Shown piece after piece: positions 1-13,239 of a stretch of DNA of 64,000 bases (positions are counted from its first letter, which is position 1; every line of letters begins with the position of its first letter). The notes below the pieces were generated by a model that was not told the DNA's origin, did not search any database, and saw only the letters and a program-made list of their open reading frames with translations. Source of the stretch: Macrostomum lignano. Lineage: Eukaryota. Both the position numbers and the translations under genes were made by a program. The stretch lies in contig NIVC01000247.1 in the NCBI GenBank assembly GCA_002269645.1, positions 62,001 through 126,000 on the forward strand, in the 5' to 3' direction.

Positions 1-417
1 CTTTTAACCACATCTAGCAGGAGCTATTTATACTCAATTTTTAAGCCAACGAAAAGCTGAATATTGTAGAATAGCTACTGACATATCTCGGAGATGTAGC
101 TCTCTTTTAATACATTCTCTCCCGGATTTGTCAAAGAGATGCTGCATTCAAAGAGATATGCGTTCGAATGAAGGATATGAAAACCGCTGCTTATAGATCT
201 ATATAGCTCTATAGCTCTATAGCTACCACACAAGCCTGCTGTTTACTTCATTGTCTGAAGCAATTCTATTTATGAGAGCAGTTCTATTTTATGAAAACTT
301 GCGCTGCAATTATACTGTGTAGGGTGAAACTCAAATGTAGAGTTGAGCGGTCAGGTCACAGTCTAAAATAAAAGCTCTCATTTCTAGCATAATGCATTGC
401 AGTCCGTCTGTCCAACT

Positions 418-995
<578 letters not shown>

Positions 996-1288
996 CTGAA
1001 GCCGACTGTAAAGACCTAGCTGCTTTGATGTGCGCTTTTTATCGTTCGCATTGCTTTAGCCTCACATGTACAAGCGTGTACAAATAGTTTTATTGAGTTG
1101 CCGAGCTGACTTCCTGTTAGCCAAGGTCTAAAAAGTAACTGCGAGCTATTGGCATTCAACTCAAAGGCAAATGCAGTACAAACGCTTTGCTTGGCTGAAG
1201 CATGCGGGCAGAAAGTAAGGATACAGCGTTTCGTGGATACGTTAGACTTACTCCGCAGTGATAATGAATTCAGAAGCAATTATTATCA

Positions 1289-2975
1289 ACCGTCGTTGTA
1301 AATGTGTTTGATTGCAACTGAGACCTGCTGTAAATGTGTTTGATTGCAACTGAGACCTGCTGTAAATGTGTTTGATTGCAACTGAGACCTGCTGTAAATG
1401 TGTTTAATTGCAACTGAGACCTGCTGTAAATGTGTTTAATTGCAACTGAGACCTGCTGTAAATGTGTTTAATTGCAACTGAGACCTGCTGTAAATGTGTT
1501 TAATTGCAACTGAGACCTGCTGTAAATGTGTTTAATTGCAACTAAAACTCAGTTGTAAATGTGTGTTTGATTGCAACTGAGACCTGCTGTAAATGTGTTT
1601 AATTGCAACTGAGACCTGCTGTAAATGTGTGTTTAATTGCAACTGAGACCTGCTGTAAATGAGTGTTTAATTGCAACTGAGACCTGCTGTAAATGTGTGT
1701 TTGATTGCAACTGAGACCTGCTGTAAATGTGTTTAATTGCAACTAAAACTCAGTTGTAAATGTGTGTTTGATTGCAACTGAGACCTGCTGTAAATGTGTT
1801 TAATTGCAACTGAGACCTGCTGTAAATGTGTGTTTAATTGCAACTGAGACCTGCTGTAAATGTGTGTTTAATTGCAACTGAGACCTGCTGTAAATGTGTT
1901 TAATTGCAACTGAGACCTGCTGTAAATGTGTGTTTAATTGCAACTGAGACCTGCTGTAAATGTGTGTTTGATTGCAACTGAGACCTGCTGTAAATGTGTG
2001 TTTAATTGCAACTGAGACCTGCTGTAAATGTGTGTTTGATTGCAACTGAGACCTGCTGTAAATGTGTGTTTGATTGCAACTGAGACCTGCTGTAAATGTG
2101 TGTTTAATTGCAACTGAGACCTGCTGTAAATGTGTGTTTGATTGCAACTGAGACCTGCTGTAAATGTGTTTAATTGCAACTGAGACCTGCTGTAAATGTG
2201 TTTAATTGCAACTAAAACTCAGTTGTAAATGTGTGTTTGATTGCAACTGAGACCTGCTGTAAATGTGTTTAATTGCAACTGAGACCTGCTGTAAATGTGT
2301 GTTTGATTGCAACTGAGACCTGCTGTAAATGTGTGTTTAATTGCAACTGAGACCTGCTGTAAATGTGTGTTTAATTGCAACTGAGACCTGCTGTAAATGT
2401 GTGTTTGATTGCAACTGAGACCTGCTGTAAATGTGTTTAATTGCAACTGAGACCTGCTGTAAATGTGTGTTTAATTGCAACTGAGACCTGCTGTAAATGT
2501 GTTTAATTGCAACTGAGACCTGCTGTAAATGTGTGTTTAATTGCAACTGAGACCTGCTGTAAATGTGTGTTTAATTGCAACTGAGACCTGCTGTAAATGT
2601 GTGTTTGATTGCAACTGAGACCTGCTGTAAATGTGTGTTTAATTGCAACTGAGACCTGCTGTAAATGTGTTTAATTGCAACTGAGACCTGCTGTAAATGT
2701 GTTTAATTGCAACTGAGACCTGCTGTAAATGTGTTTAATTGCAACTGAGACCTGCTGTAAATGTGTTTAATTGCAACTGAGACCTGCTGTAAATGTGTTT
2801 AATTGCAACTAAAACTCAGTTGTAAATGTGTTTAATTGCAACTAAAACTCAGTTGTAAATGTGTGTTTAATTGCAGCTGAGACCAGTTGTAAATGTGTTT
2901 AATTGCAACTGAGACCAGTTGTAAATGTGTTTAATTGCAACTGAGGCCAGTTGTAAATGTGTTTAGTTACAAATG
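1289..2975. repeat. 32/34-bp minisatellite (GTAAATGTG[TG]TTTAATTGCAACTGAGACCTGCT)
   Basis: About 50 tandem units, with variants differing by a TG dinucleotide and a recurrent variant AACTAAAACTCAGTT. Confidence 0.97.
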
Positions 2976-3476
2976 TGTCCAGCCAAACTTCAATGCTTGC
3001 GGCCTTTCAATGACTCAATCACTACTACTCGCCTTCCACAGCTTCCCCATGCTTCAAGGCATTACGGATTGAAATGATTGAACTGAAAGAAAAACGTGTG
3101 AAAATAAAAAAATTATGGTAACAGTCAATGCTGCAGTTCATTAGTTTGCTATTGAACAAGCAAAAATGTGAATTGCGAAAAGTGCAGACTGGGGCGGCAC
3201 AGAGAGAGAATACTTCCTATCTCCGTAGTGTATTCTGAAAATTTTTCTGAAAAACTGTCTTCTCAAATTTTCCAAGAAACGAGGTTTCCTGCCCTTCTAC
3301 TTGAGTAGCCCCTGGGTTAAAATTTGAAGGAGTAAATAGGCACACATTTTAACTGCGATGCGCGTAGAGTTAAATGAAAGGTTATAAAACACAATGTTAG
3401 ACAAAACTCAGCTGAAACTCAGAGACATCACTCAATTGTCAGTTTTGTGAATTCATGGTGAGCAGGTTCGTCTTTA

Positions 3477-6400
3477 TTAATCGCATGCTCTGCTTGGATC
3501 GAGGGAGATCTTGCGAGTTGGGTGTCCAGTAATTTCACCCACCACATGAAAATATTGGTCGCCATCCCAGTAAGGTTTCTTCACCATGCGCTTGTTAACT
3601 CGAACCATGATGCTCATCAAGTCTTCTGTCTGGTAGTACTTGTCAATTAGTTGACACACTGTTTGAATGAAGCATGATCCGTTTTGTTCATCTCTAAACG
3701 CAACCTGACCGCGGGGGATGGCGTAAAAAATCAGAAAGTCACTGTTAGAAGGATAGACAACTGAAGTTCCCTCGAATCGACCACCTGCATTGTCGATTGT
3801 TTCCCTTGTCATCAACAATTCGTCTTTTTCGAGGCCACGGCAGGCCTGGATAAAGAAAATTTTTGGCTTGCCAGCCAGACTGCTGCATAATTTCGGCTGA
3901 AACAGGTTTTTGCAAATGGTACAGCGTTGCAATGAGTTCTTTTCAGTGTTTAAATCAAATTTTTAAAAAATCTGATTTGTTCCTCATTACCAGTCCTTAA
4001 CTGTAATCAAGGAACAATCACTTCTAGCTCTGTAGCTAGGCAACGCAGTAAGTCAACTGAAGGTATTTAATTACCTTTAATCCGGAGGTGTAGATCACTT
4101 CTTTGAGTCCTTGTAGATCTCGTCACAGATCTGTCGATCAGGCCTTTTGTCCGACTTGGCTTTGTAGTCCTGGTCCGAGTTTCTTCTTTGTCTTGTGCCG
4201 GCCGGCGTCTGTAGTTTGGACCAATGGGAAGCTTCCAATTACAATGGGGATCCCTGCGCCAAACTGCGGTATAATATAAGCCTACTCCTTCTAGCAGTGC
4301 CTCTTTGCACTCTAGGAATAGCTCCGGAGACCACTGATAGTCTTCTAAGATCTATCAGGGGCAGTCCTTCTGGAGACTGCAACCAGTGGAGTCTAAACAG
4401 ACTCAAGAGTCTCAACAGACTCAGCTAGACTCAAGTCACACTAGACTTGAGCGAGACGTCTCAACCAACAGGCGCAAATGAGTAAGGCTTACCGTAAGAA
4501 CTCGACCGAGTCTCGAGTTGCTTCAAAAGTCTGCTGCAGCTTCCTCTTCGGAGCTTTCTCTCTCAGAGAAGTGTTGGCTCCGGGTCCGTTCCGGAACACT
4601 TGCATTTATAGGCAAACGAACCTCTCTCGAGGTCGTCCATCACTTTTTTTGTAAATTTCAAAGGGTCACGATTCGGTGGCTGTCAAGCATAACAGGTTAG
4701 AAAGTAGCGCAACTAGTCTACTGTAAACGCGAATGATTGGTTACCGTATCTGGTGTTTTTTTGTCGCATTTGATTGGTTCATCCGGTGCAGACCGGGTGC
4801 AAGCCAGATGATGAATCGCAGACAGGGTTTGTTTTGACAAAAGTAGGTCACACGTGACCAATGATGAATGGCAGATGGGGTTTAACTTGACAATTGTAGG
4901 TCACGCATGATTGATGGGTTGCCAAGAATAACATGTTCGACTTTCCTCTCTTCTGATTGGTTGACTAAAATTACGCATGTGATTCAGTACTTATTTTTAT
5001 ACTTGTTACTTGCTATACTACTGAATAAAACTAATAAGTAGTACGTTAACAATTTGTATGACTTTTCTTGGGAGGTATAGCACTCTACAAATAACCTGAA
5101 ACTTTCTCGTGAGATAGATAATATTGCAGGGCTTTCCATCGCTACCGACGATGCAGTCTTCGCGACCGTGAGTCATGAGGAAGCAGACAAGAGTGCCATG
5201 GCGTTCCAGTTCTTTCTAATTTCTTACACAATCTAAGAAGTTTTCGATCTCATCTGCAGTCAGGTCCTCGGGTACGTCAATGATGAATCCCAGTTTGCCG
5301 AAGAGCTCACTGACTCGTTCCACGTCAAATTGGGAGCCTTTACGCTCCCCCTCGCTGCTGGATTCGAACTTGCTGATGTTAATGATAACGCAGAATCCTT
5401 GAGGATTTCTCACCGGATAAAATTCATCGCTGCGACTGCAATACAATTGAAATTAAGGGCTCAGGTAGATAGCTTAGAAAACCTGTAAAAAGCAGTGCGA
5501 CAATTTGTGCAGATTTGTCAAATATTTTCACTTATAAAACCGTCTCATTGCTTGGCATTTTAATAATTTCGGTAGGTAAGTTTTGAAAAAAAAAATTGCA
5601 GTGTTTTATAAAAGCTTTCGAAATTGTAGATATTCAGGCACAAACCTCGAATTTGAGCTGCAATCACTCTCGACAGCAGAGTGTTGATCAACTGCTTGAA
5701 GCGACTGTGGGGTGCACTGAGAAGCTTGGCGCATGTAGGCGGCAGGCGGACTTCTATATTCGTAGCTGTAGCTGGCACCAGATTCACCACTCCCAGTCTG
5801 ATACTGTGGTCTGGTAGTCCAGGCATCGTTTTCACGAAAGCTGAAATTTAGGGACAAGAGACGTATTAACCTGAAATACCATTAATGGACGACCTAATGT
5901 TGAATTATGACCGGGAAGTTTCATTTTCACTTATTGACTTGGTGTTTTGAAATTGCAAAAAAATGACATGGAATAAATTCTGATATACTTTTTTCGGTCT
6001 GTTAATCGTCTAATCGCTATTCTTCAGAAGTAATTTAAAAGTCACATAAAATATTTCAGATTATGATTATCGAGGGATATTGCAGTACATTTTTACGTTT
6101 TCTGCAAAAGGTATTGAAACTAAACATTACGGGACGAACCTCTCAGTAGATAAACTGTCTGTAGTACCGACTTGACCTCTTCTTGTCTGGTACGGTAATT
6201 CAGTCCACCAGTCCTCATCATGATATCTAAAAAATTTAAGAAAGCAGTAAAATTTCAGATAGCTAATTAAAAGAATTTATATATCTGATAATTTATCAAT
6301 AGTTAACAAAATAATTTGGTATAATTTGAAGCTCACCCACACAGAAGCTCAGCCATCTTGTGGCTTCGTTGCTCAGTTGCTAAATCTATAGCGCAGTTTT

Positions 6401-6484
6401 GCCTTTCCGGTTCTTCAGGCTCCAATTGGAACCTGCGTAAAGCAGAATCCAGCAAACTGATGCTGCGGCATGCTGCTGGGTACA
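3477..6484 (-). pseudogene. 5'-truncated ankyrin-caspase paralog with a nonsense codon in the p20 exon
   Basis: Exons homologous to 14347-16230: p10 exon 3477-3896 (KPKIFFIQACRG), p20 exon 5096-~5436 (RKGSQFD, MTHG), linker exons, and a partial ankyrin exon at 6337-6484. TGG>TAG at 5216-5218 (Trp in the paralog) lies upstream of the catalytic His. Homology stops at ~6484 and the ankyrin 5' part is absent. Confidence 0.88.
3960..5085. mobile_element. Unclassified LTR/promoter-like insertion in the p20-p10 intron of the caspase paralog
   Basis: The intron is 1199 nt here (3897-5095) versus 77 nt in the paralog (14767-14843). The extra DNA has a minus-strand TATAAA (~4607), several CCAAT boxes (4730-4970) and splice-like sites. 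No clear TSD was found. Confidence 0.4.
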
Positions 6485-6608
6485 AAACGGCGCCAACCCT
6501 TCGTTCATAGCGACGCGTCGGCCGTTCAGGGATTAGCGGAATGGGCGCTCGCGAATTCCCGCTGTGTCCCCCCGGTACAGCCCTGCAGCTAAGTCAAGTA
6601 AGTCAAGG
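6485..6608 (+). mobile_element. Probable 3' tail of a 5'-truncated non-LTR retrotransposon
   Basis: A short reading frame (...AVQGLAEWALANSRCVPPVQPCS*) ends in TAA followed directly by an AAGTC/AAGT repeat tail. It abuts the break in the caspase paralog, and the same 31 nt recur at 18478-18508. Confidence 0.5.
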
Positions 6609-6760
6609 TTACATTGATCTGTTTAGAAAACACAATCGCAAAAAAATATACGTTTTGTCTCTTGCAGTGACTTCTGTTTTTTTTCTGTACGGGATTAAAT
6701 TCATCTGAGAAACAATAGGTCCCGACCTATCGCTTGAGACGTTCCACCAGCGTATTAGTT

Positions 6761-6840
6761 GATAGGTCGGCAAACTCTGGCCACATGCGGCCAATGAAGC
6801 CTCTCTATCTGGCCTCGGGTCCTTTGAAAACATTAAGCAA
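6761..6840 (+). mobile_element. hAT-type MITE terminal fragment
   Basis: GGTCGGCAAACTCTGGCCACATGCGGCC end motif; related ends at 13170-13239, 20900-20977 and 61386-61470. Confidence 0.55.
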
Positions 6841-7924
6841 TCCGGTCTGCTCAACGTTTGAGTCTTTTCTCAGCTCCCTTCCCTTACGAAAGTATGTGCT
6901 TCATTCGAGGTGCATTCGCAATTTTATCGAGCTATTGTTCACGAAAGGCCATCACAGATCGGTAATTAAACAAAGTTACAACAAAATTTCAGCTGTTCCT
7001 GTCTCTATAGTACATTTTCTAGGCAGATTTTTATCGAGCGAATTTCTCCATGTCGAAGCCCCATTCAGCTGTGTGCAAAAAAGCTAATCTTTGCAAAATC
7101 CCCGTTTCAAAAAACAACAGTATTTTCTGTGTTGCTGCTCTTCAATTAAATGCTTCTTACATTTTTAAATCATTATTTTGCATTTAATTTGCAGTAAATG
7201 CATTTAATCATTATTTTACTCACTTCTAAATATGTTCATTGCAAAAACTGATCGTACTCTTAACTGTATATAAACTTGGTATCTAAAAAGTTTCGTCCCG
7301 TTTTATCTTACTGTCTGCTTTGCAAAGTACCCTGGAACATAGAAATAGACTTCATTTCCAATACGCAGCATCCTTCTTGCATTTCGGACATGGGAAAATG
7401 TGGAGGTTAATAGCTAGTAAGACCAGAAAATCCCGAAGATGCACTGGAAGGTAATTACAAATAGGCTCATCATCAAAATTAAACGGAACGAATAAAGCTT
7501 CCTAAAATTTAAAAAATAAAGTCTAAGTACGTCGAGTCAATTGACTATGGCAACTGCGATTCAAGAGTCTCTGAGACAAGCACCGGGATTCGGTCAGTCT
7601 CGCATCTGTCGTCACCGTGGCTTCAAGATGAAGCGAGCCTTAAACCTGTCGGTGATATGCCAGAGTATAGACATCTGAGGCCGGTCTCTGTACAGCTAAG
7701 CAAAACTCACCGTCACGGGCGCAAAGTCAAGGTGTTGAGACAATCACGAGTCCAAAAAGCAAAGTACAAGTATCAGGTCGTAGGTGGGATGCCTTGTAGT
7801 GTACCAAACTTTAATTATACCTGCCCTTCAGCTGAGAGTCAGGCTTTACTTAAGTTTACGGTGCTGTGATATGCATGGATTGCACAACAGAATTCCGCAC
7901 GTATGAAGGTAGCCATGCACATTA

Positions 7925-8810
7925 TTAGAAGCGTCATGTAAACAATCATAGAAGCGTCATGAAAAAATCATGGAAGCGTCATGAAAAAATCATAGAAGTG
8001 TCATGAAACAATCATAGAAGCGTCATGTAAACAATCATAGAAACGTCATGTCAACAATCAAAGAAGTGTCATGTAAACAATCATAGAAGCGTCATGTAAA
8101 CAATCATAGAAACGTCATGTCAACAATCAAAGAAGTGTCATGTAAACAATCATAGAAGCGTCATGTAAAAATCATACAAGTGTCATGTAAAAATCATAGA
8201 AGTGTCATGTAAAAATCATAGAAACGTCATGTAAAGAATCATAGAAACGTCATGTAAAATATCATAGAAGCGTCATGTAAAAATGATAGAAGCGCCATGT
8301 AAACAATCGTAGAAGTGTTATGTAAACATGTCATACAAACAATCATAGAAGCCTTATAAAAAATTATAGAAGCGTCATGTAAACAATCATAGAAGCGTCA
8401 TACAAACAATAATAGAAGCGTAAAGTAAAAATCATGGAAGCGTCATGTAAAGATTCATAGAAGCGTCATGTAAAGAATCATAGAAGCGTCATGTAAAATA
8501 TCATAAAAGTGTCATGTAAAATATCATAGAAGCGTCATGTAAAAATCATAGAAGTGTCAAGTAAGAATCATAGAAGTGTAAAGTAAAAATCATAGAAGTG
8601 TAATGTAAACAATCATAGAAGCATCATGTAAAGAATCAGAAGCCTCACGTAAAAATCATAGATGTCTCATGTAAAGAATCTTAGAAGCGTCATGAAAAAA
8701 TTGTAGAGGCGTCATGGAATAATAAAAAAGCGTCATGTCAGACATGAAAGAAGTGTCGTGTAAAAATCAAAAGAAGCGTCATGTCAAAAATAAAAGAAGC
8801 ATCATGTAAA
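7925..8810. repeat. ~23-bp satellite (AAACAATCATAGAAGCGTCATGT), degenerate
   Basis: Tandem units of the same family as 28960-30370. Confidence 0.93.
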
Positions 8811-9572
8811 ACTGTGCTGTGACCCTTGAGGAGAATTTACTCTGATATCAAGGCTCACGGAGAATAACTGAGATGTAAAGGATTATGGGGGGATTTCTGA
8901 GATGTCAATTCAAAAGCCAGAAGCTACATGTAGTTTACTCAAACTTTTTATTACATTCTTTGTTGGCTCGACACGGGGGGCGCTGATAGAAGAAGCATCA
9001 TGTAAAAAAGAGGGGAATAGCTGAGATGTCAAGACTTGCGAGGAGAATAGCTGAGATGTCAAGACTTGTGAGGGGAATAGCCGAGATGTCAAGACTCACA
9101 AGGGATTGCTGAGGTTATTGCAAAGAGAAACTGTAGTTTAAACATTTAGTTTATTCAAAAGTAGAATAAAGCCTTGACAAAAAAAGCGTAATGTCAGACA
9201 TAAAAGAAGTGTCATTTAAAAAACGTCACATGAAACTGTGTGCTATGACTCTTGAGGAGAATTACTATTGATGTCAAAGCTTACGGGGAAATAGTTGCGA
9301 TGTCAAGGCTTATGGGGGAATACCTGAGATGTTAAGGCTAAAGTCAGAAGCTACATGTAGTTTATTCAAAACTTTTATTACATTATTTGTTGGCTCCTCA
9401 CGGGGGGGGTACGTCGCTAATAGAAAAAGCGTCATGTAAAAATAAAAGAAGCTTCATGTCTAAGTTAAGAGATTCATTTGGGAATCCCTACAATATCGAG
9501 GCTTGCAGGGAATCGCTATAATGCTGTAGTGCTATAATAACTCTTGGGGAGAATTACTGAACTGTCAATGCA

Positions 9573-9606
9573 TTAGGGTTAGGGTTAGGGCTAGCGTTAG
9601 GGTTAG
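9573..9606 (+). repeat. Interstitial telomere-like (TTAGGG)n tract
   Basis: TTAGGG TTAGGG TTAGGG CTAGCG TTAGGG TTAG inside the Helitron-like tail. Confidence 0.8.
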
Positions 9607-10044
9607 AAGGTTAACAGATTTTTTAAGATTTCAAGGCTTATGGGGGGAATTGCTGAGATGTCAAGGCTTACAAGGGACTGCTGAGGTATTGCAAAGAGAT
9701 GCTACATGTAGTTTATAAAAAAACTTGTACTGCATTTTTTGGCTCCCCAACGGGGGGGCGCTGATTGCTAGTCTATATGCTAAAGCTTAAAGTTTGATCG
9801 CGCTGTACTGGTATTGTAGGCGGCATGTTGCTTACCGCCTGTTGCAACCATAAAGGTCGGTTTGGCTATCAGTTGAAGTTTCGTATTCTTTGCTCAGCTA
9901 AGAGCTCTCTTAAATAGAAGAGTCATTCTTATTGCTATGACACGACAACGTCAGACAAACTTTGCCTGCATTTGTTTTCATAAGGGTTCGTTAACTTTTC
10001 AGTTAGTTATAAAAGCAATATAATGCTCTGTGTTTGAAGTTTGA

Positions 10045-10262
10045 AGATTGATGAGAGTAGCTACCTGTCGGGTGTTCAGAAGTTCGAAAGTTGATGAGAG
10101 TAGCTACCTGTCGGGTGTTCAGAAATTCGAAAGTTGATGAGAGTAGCTACCTGTCGGGTGTTCAGAAATTCGAAAGTTGATGAGAGTAGCTACCTGTCGG
10201 GTGTTCAGAAATTCGAAAGTTGATGAGAGTAGCTACCTGTCGGGTGTTTTGAAGTTCAAAGG
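10045..10262. repeat. 43-bp minisatellite, ~5 units
   Basis: Unit GTTGATGAGAGTAGCTACCTGTCGGGTGTTCAGAAATTCGAAA, period 43; reverse-complement homolog of the array at 39188-39836. Confidence 0.92.
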
Positions 10263-11143
10263 TTGATGAAGATTTATCTGTTGAATACTGTTTCAGGCTC
10301 GGAATTTGGTATTCAGTGATTAAATTGGAAGTGCTTGTGACAGAGCAAGTTCTCACAGATGCTATTCACGCTTTAGTGTCGGTTTCTTAATGTGAAATTT
10401 TGTATTCAATATGTATATACAGTTTTTTGGGTCGCTGAGCTGACTTAATTTAGGGCGAGGTCAAATAAGCAAATATTTACATGCGATTCAAAGGCGATTG
10501 CAGAAGGAAAGCTTCAATGCATGGCAGAAGTACGAGTATGAATGCAGAAATTAAATAGCCAGCCACCGTTTTATGGATACGCAAAACTTAATTCCCATGG
10601 ATGATGAAGTCAGAAGCAATTAATGACAGCCGCCGTTGTAAATGTGTTTAATTTCCATTGTGCCCAGTTTAAAATATGTTTAATTTCTACTTTTTGCAGT
10701 TGTAAATGTTTTTACCTGCAACGGTGTTTACAGAGAAGAGGGAACAAACAATAGGATAGTTGTGTGAGCAGTCGGGGATGCACAAGGGAAAAAGCGTGTG
10801 CACACTCTATTCAACAGTAGAAATAGAAAATAATAGCAATGAGAACGGTGGAGTGAGAAAGAGCTGAATTGGGCCATTCGGAGTACTTTGGAGGAAAGCA
10901 GATAAAAGAAGCTGGAAAGCTTGTACTCGGTCTGCGAACAACAATAAAGAAAATAAAAGAAAGAGGCTAGTAGATGTATTCTCAAATATTCTTGGCTTTT
11001 TATAGATCGTTTATGTGAGTTTGTTTAATTGGGTTATTTTTCCAAGAAATTCAACCCATTATATTTAAACATCCAATTTGTTTTAGTGCTCGTTTGGCGT
11101 GCGGCAGCCTTGGAAACAGATCAATCAGTCTGTATGCAACGTA

Positions 11144-11400
11144 GAGGTTTGTAGCCTAGTGGTTGGAGCGTCGGACTCACGACTTGAAGGTCGAGGGTTC
11201 GATTCCCAATTCCACTGGAACAATTTGTGTCCTTGAGCAAGACGCACTCTGCATTGCTTCAGTTCAAACAGCGTAAAATGGGTGCCAGCATTAGCTGGGG
11301 TGCGGCAACCCCCCTTCCAGTCCTTGGACTGAACAGCCGTACGCAGCCTTCAGATGCGCCGCGCAATAGCTGCTGTTGAGCTGTCGGTTGCACATCTGCC
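11144..11400 (+). mobile_element. tRNA-derived SINE
   Basis: A box TAGCCTAGTGG (~11152) and B box GGTTCGATTCC (~11196), followed by GTGTCCTTGAGCAAGAC...AAAATGGGTGCCAG, a typical SINE central-domain sequence. No intact tRNA acceptor stem. Confidence 0.75.
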
Positions 11401-11495
11401 CATTAGGTCAGGTGTACATGTAATCAATTATTTGTTTTTTAAATTATTAATAAAATGCAACTTAGTCAAAACTTATAACATATTTGTTGTATCTT

Positions 11496-11823
11496 TGTGA
11501 AAGCACGAACAGAGATCTCGGGTTATGGTTGATAATTCAGGCCGACAAAATGCTCGGCAGCGAGAAGTGTGTGTATTTGTAGCAGTAAGCAATTAGAACG
11601 CGAAGCAAAGAGAGCGAGTAAGAGAGAGGTCTCGGTTTTGGTACGGGGGTGTTTGTGTTTCTATTTATAGCCTTGGGGACGTGCGAGAGAAATTTCTAGA
11701 ATGCATTTTTTAGTATAGCTAAGGGGGAGGGCGCAGAAGTTTCCAGAAGAAGCTACATTAGTAAACAATATTTTATGCTAACTTTATACTGTACTGGAAA
11801 CATATTCGTGTAGCGTCACGACA
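11496..11823 (-). mobile_element. Putative solo LTR
   Basis: TGT...ACA termini, a TATAAA box on the minus strand (~11663), and near-identical 5-bp flanks ATCTT / ATATT consistent with a mutated TSD. Confidence 0.5.
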
Positions 11824-13169
11824 ATATTATCATAGATAACCAGAATATACTACTACTATAGTACTGTATTCCTACCACCTTCGCCGAGTAAATACGTACA
11901 TGCATACCAAGGACCACTAGCATATAAGTAGTCCTTGCCTGGCAGTCAGCTGAGGCCTCGCACAGCAGCAAACCTCGGCGTCGGTTCGAGCAGCTTCGTG
12001 CATACATGCATACCGGACTCGATTCAGCAAGAATTTATCTGTATGAGAACAACTGCAGATTATAAGCCGTTATTCGCATGGAGTCAGAACTAGCTGATTT
12101 TTATCAAACGTAAGATATAAATATTTGTTAAAATACTAGTCTCTGCCTGTCACTTGATCGAAATTACATGTGGCAATTAAATAAATATTGGTTGGATATT
12201 GAATATAAGCTATGTATATACACAGATAGCTCGTATAGCAAGTATAAATCACAACTTGATGTATAAAAAATATAATGTGCGTCACACTACGTTTATCAAA
12301 TGATGCAAAACCTTGAGTGCAATCGGTTTTCCATAGATCTTATATTCCCTATAAGATCTATGCGGTTTCCGCATAATTTTTACCTTTAAAAATTTTATTC
12401 CCTTGGACTTCCTGTGAGTGTATGACTGGTCTTGTGGCGGTTTAAACGCTTAAACTAAAAGCCACAAGACTATTTAGGCTATTTTGGTATACATACAGAT
12501 GCACTGAAGTTTTAGTACCTTATATTTCCTTTAGTACCTTGGCAGAACAAAACCGAACACAACAGAATACGCAAGTAAGTATAGTCCTAGAAACGATATA
12601 TTTAGCTTGCTGAGTTGGTCAAGTTTTATTTATTTCTTTTGAGTAGCGACGAAAAACGATCAGTCAAAAAAATAATAGATCAAAACGATAGATGATCCAG
12701 CGAATTGTGATTGGCTGAGAGTTACGATGGGCGCTGGGCAAAATTATCTATTTGTTAAAAACTCATCACTAACAGACATATAAAAGCCGATGCAATGAAT
12801 GTATAACAAAATTCATACAAAATATGATACACTTACGTAGTAGTCTACTGACAATAAAAATGATCTAGTAAAAACAATAACATTTCTACTAAGTCCCTCG
12901 CCGCCGTTTTTTGTTTTTCCGTTTTTTTCTTTGTTTTCCATGATGCCTGTTCTAAATTTAATCAAAAGCTAGGATTCGTTATTCTATAGTTGAGTTGAGT
13001 ACGCGCACACTATTAAACTATTTTAAGCCATTAGCTAAGTGTCAGTTTGAGCAGGCGATTTAATTAATATAAGATCTTATAAACATAAATTGACGCTTAC
13101 TTTCGTCTACTTTCGACTCTTGCTCTACTGAAAAGAGACACAAACCTTGAGCGGGCCGGACTGCTATTG

Positions 13170-13239
13170 TGAATTTCGAAGGGCCCCGCGGGTTTCGCAG
13201 GCTAGAGAGGTTTCACGGGCCGAAGTTTGCCGACCCCCG
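13170..13239 (-). mobile_element. hAT-type MITE terminal fragment
   Basis: ...GGGCCGAAGTTTGCCGACCCCC end motif. Confidence 0.5.

Larger units (their letters stand above)
7925..9771 (+). mobile_element. Non-autonomous Helitron-like element (3' part) carrying a 23-bp satellite
   Basis: Ends with a CCCC-aac-GGGG hairpin then ...ATTG-CTAG at 9768-9771. The 8810-9771 tail is homologous to 30400-31533. The 5' end was not located. Confidence 0.65.

Noticed and set aside
1289-2975. CRISPR-like appearance of the 32/34-bp, 43-bp and 78-bp arrays
   Set aside because: Units are contiguous with no unique spacers, there are no cas genes, and the context is eukaryotic.
7547-7869. Short ORFs before the satellite
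   Set aside because: No domain similarity and no consistent exon structure.
11144-11215. Functional tRNA gene (also tRNA-like relics at ~43110-43165 and ~62605-62660)
   Set aside because: A/B boxes are present but there is no intact cloverleaf acceptor stem; the 11144 copy continues into a SINE body.
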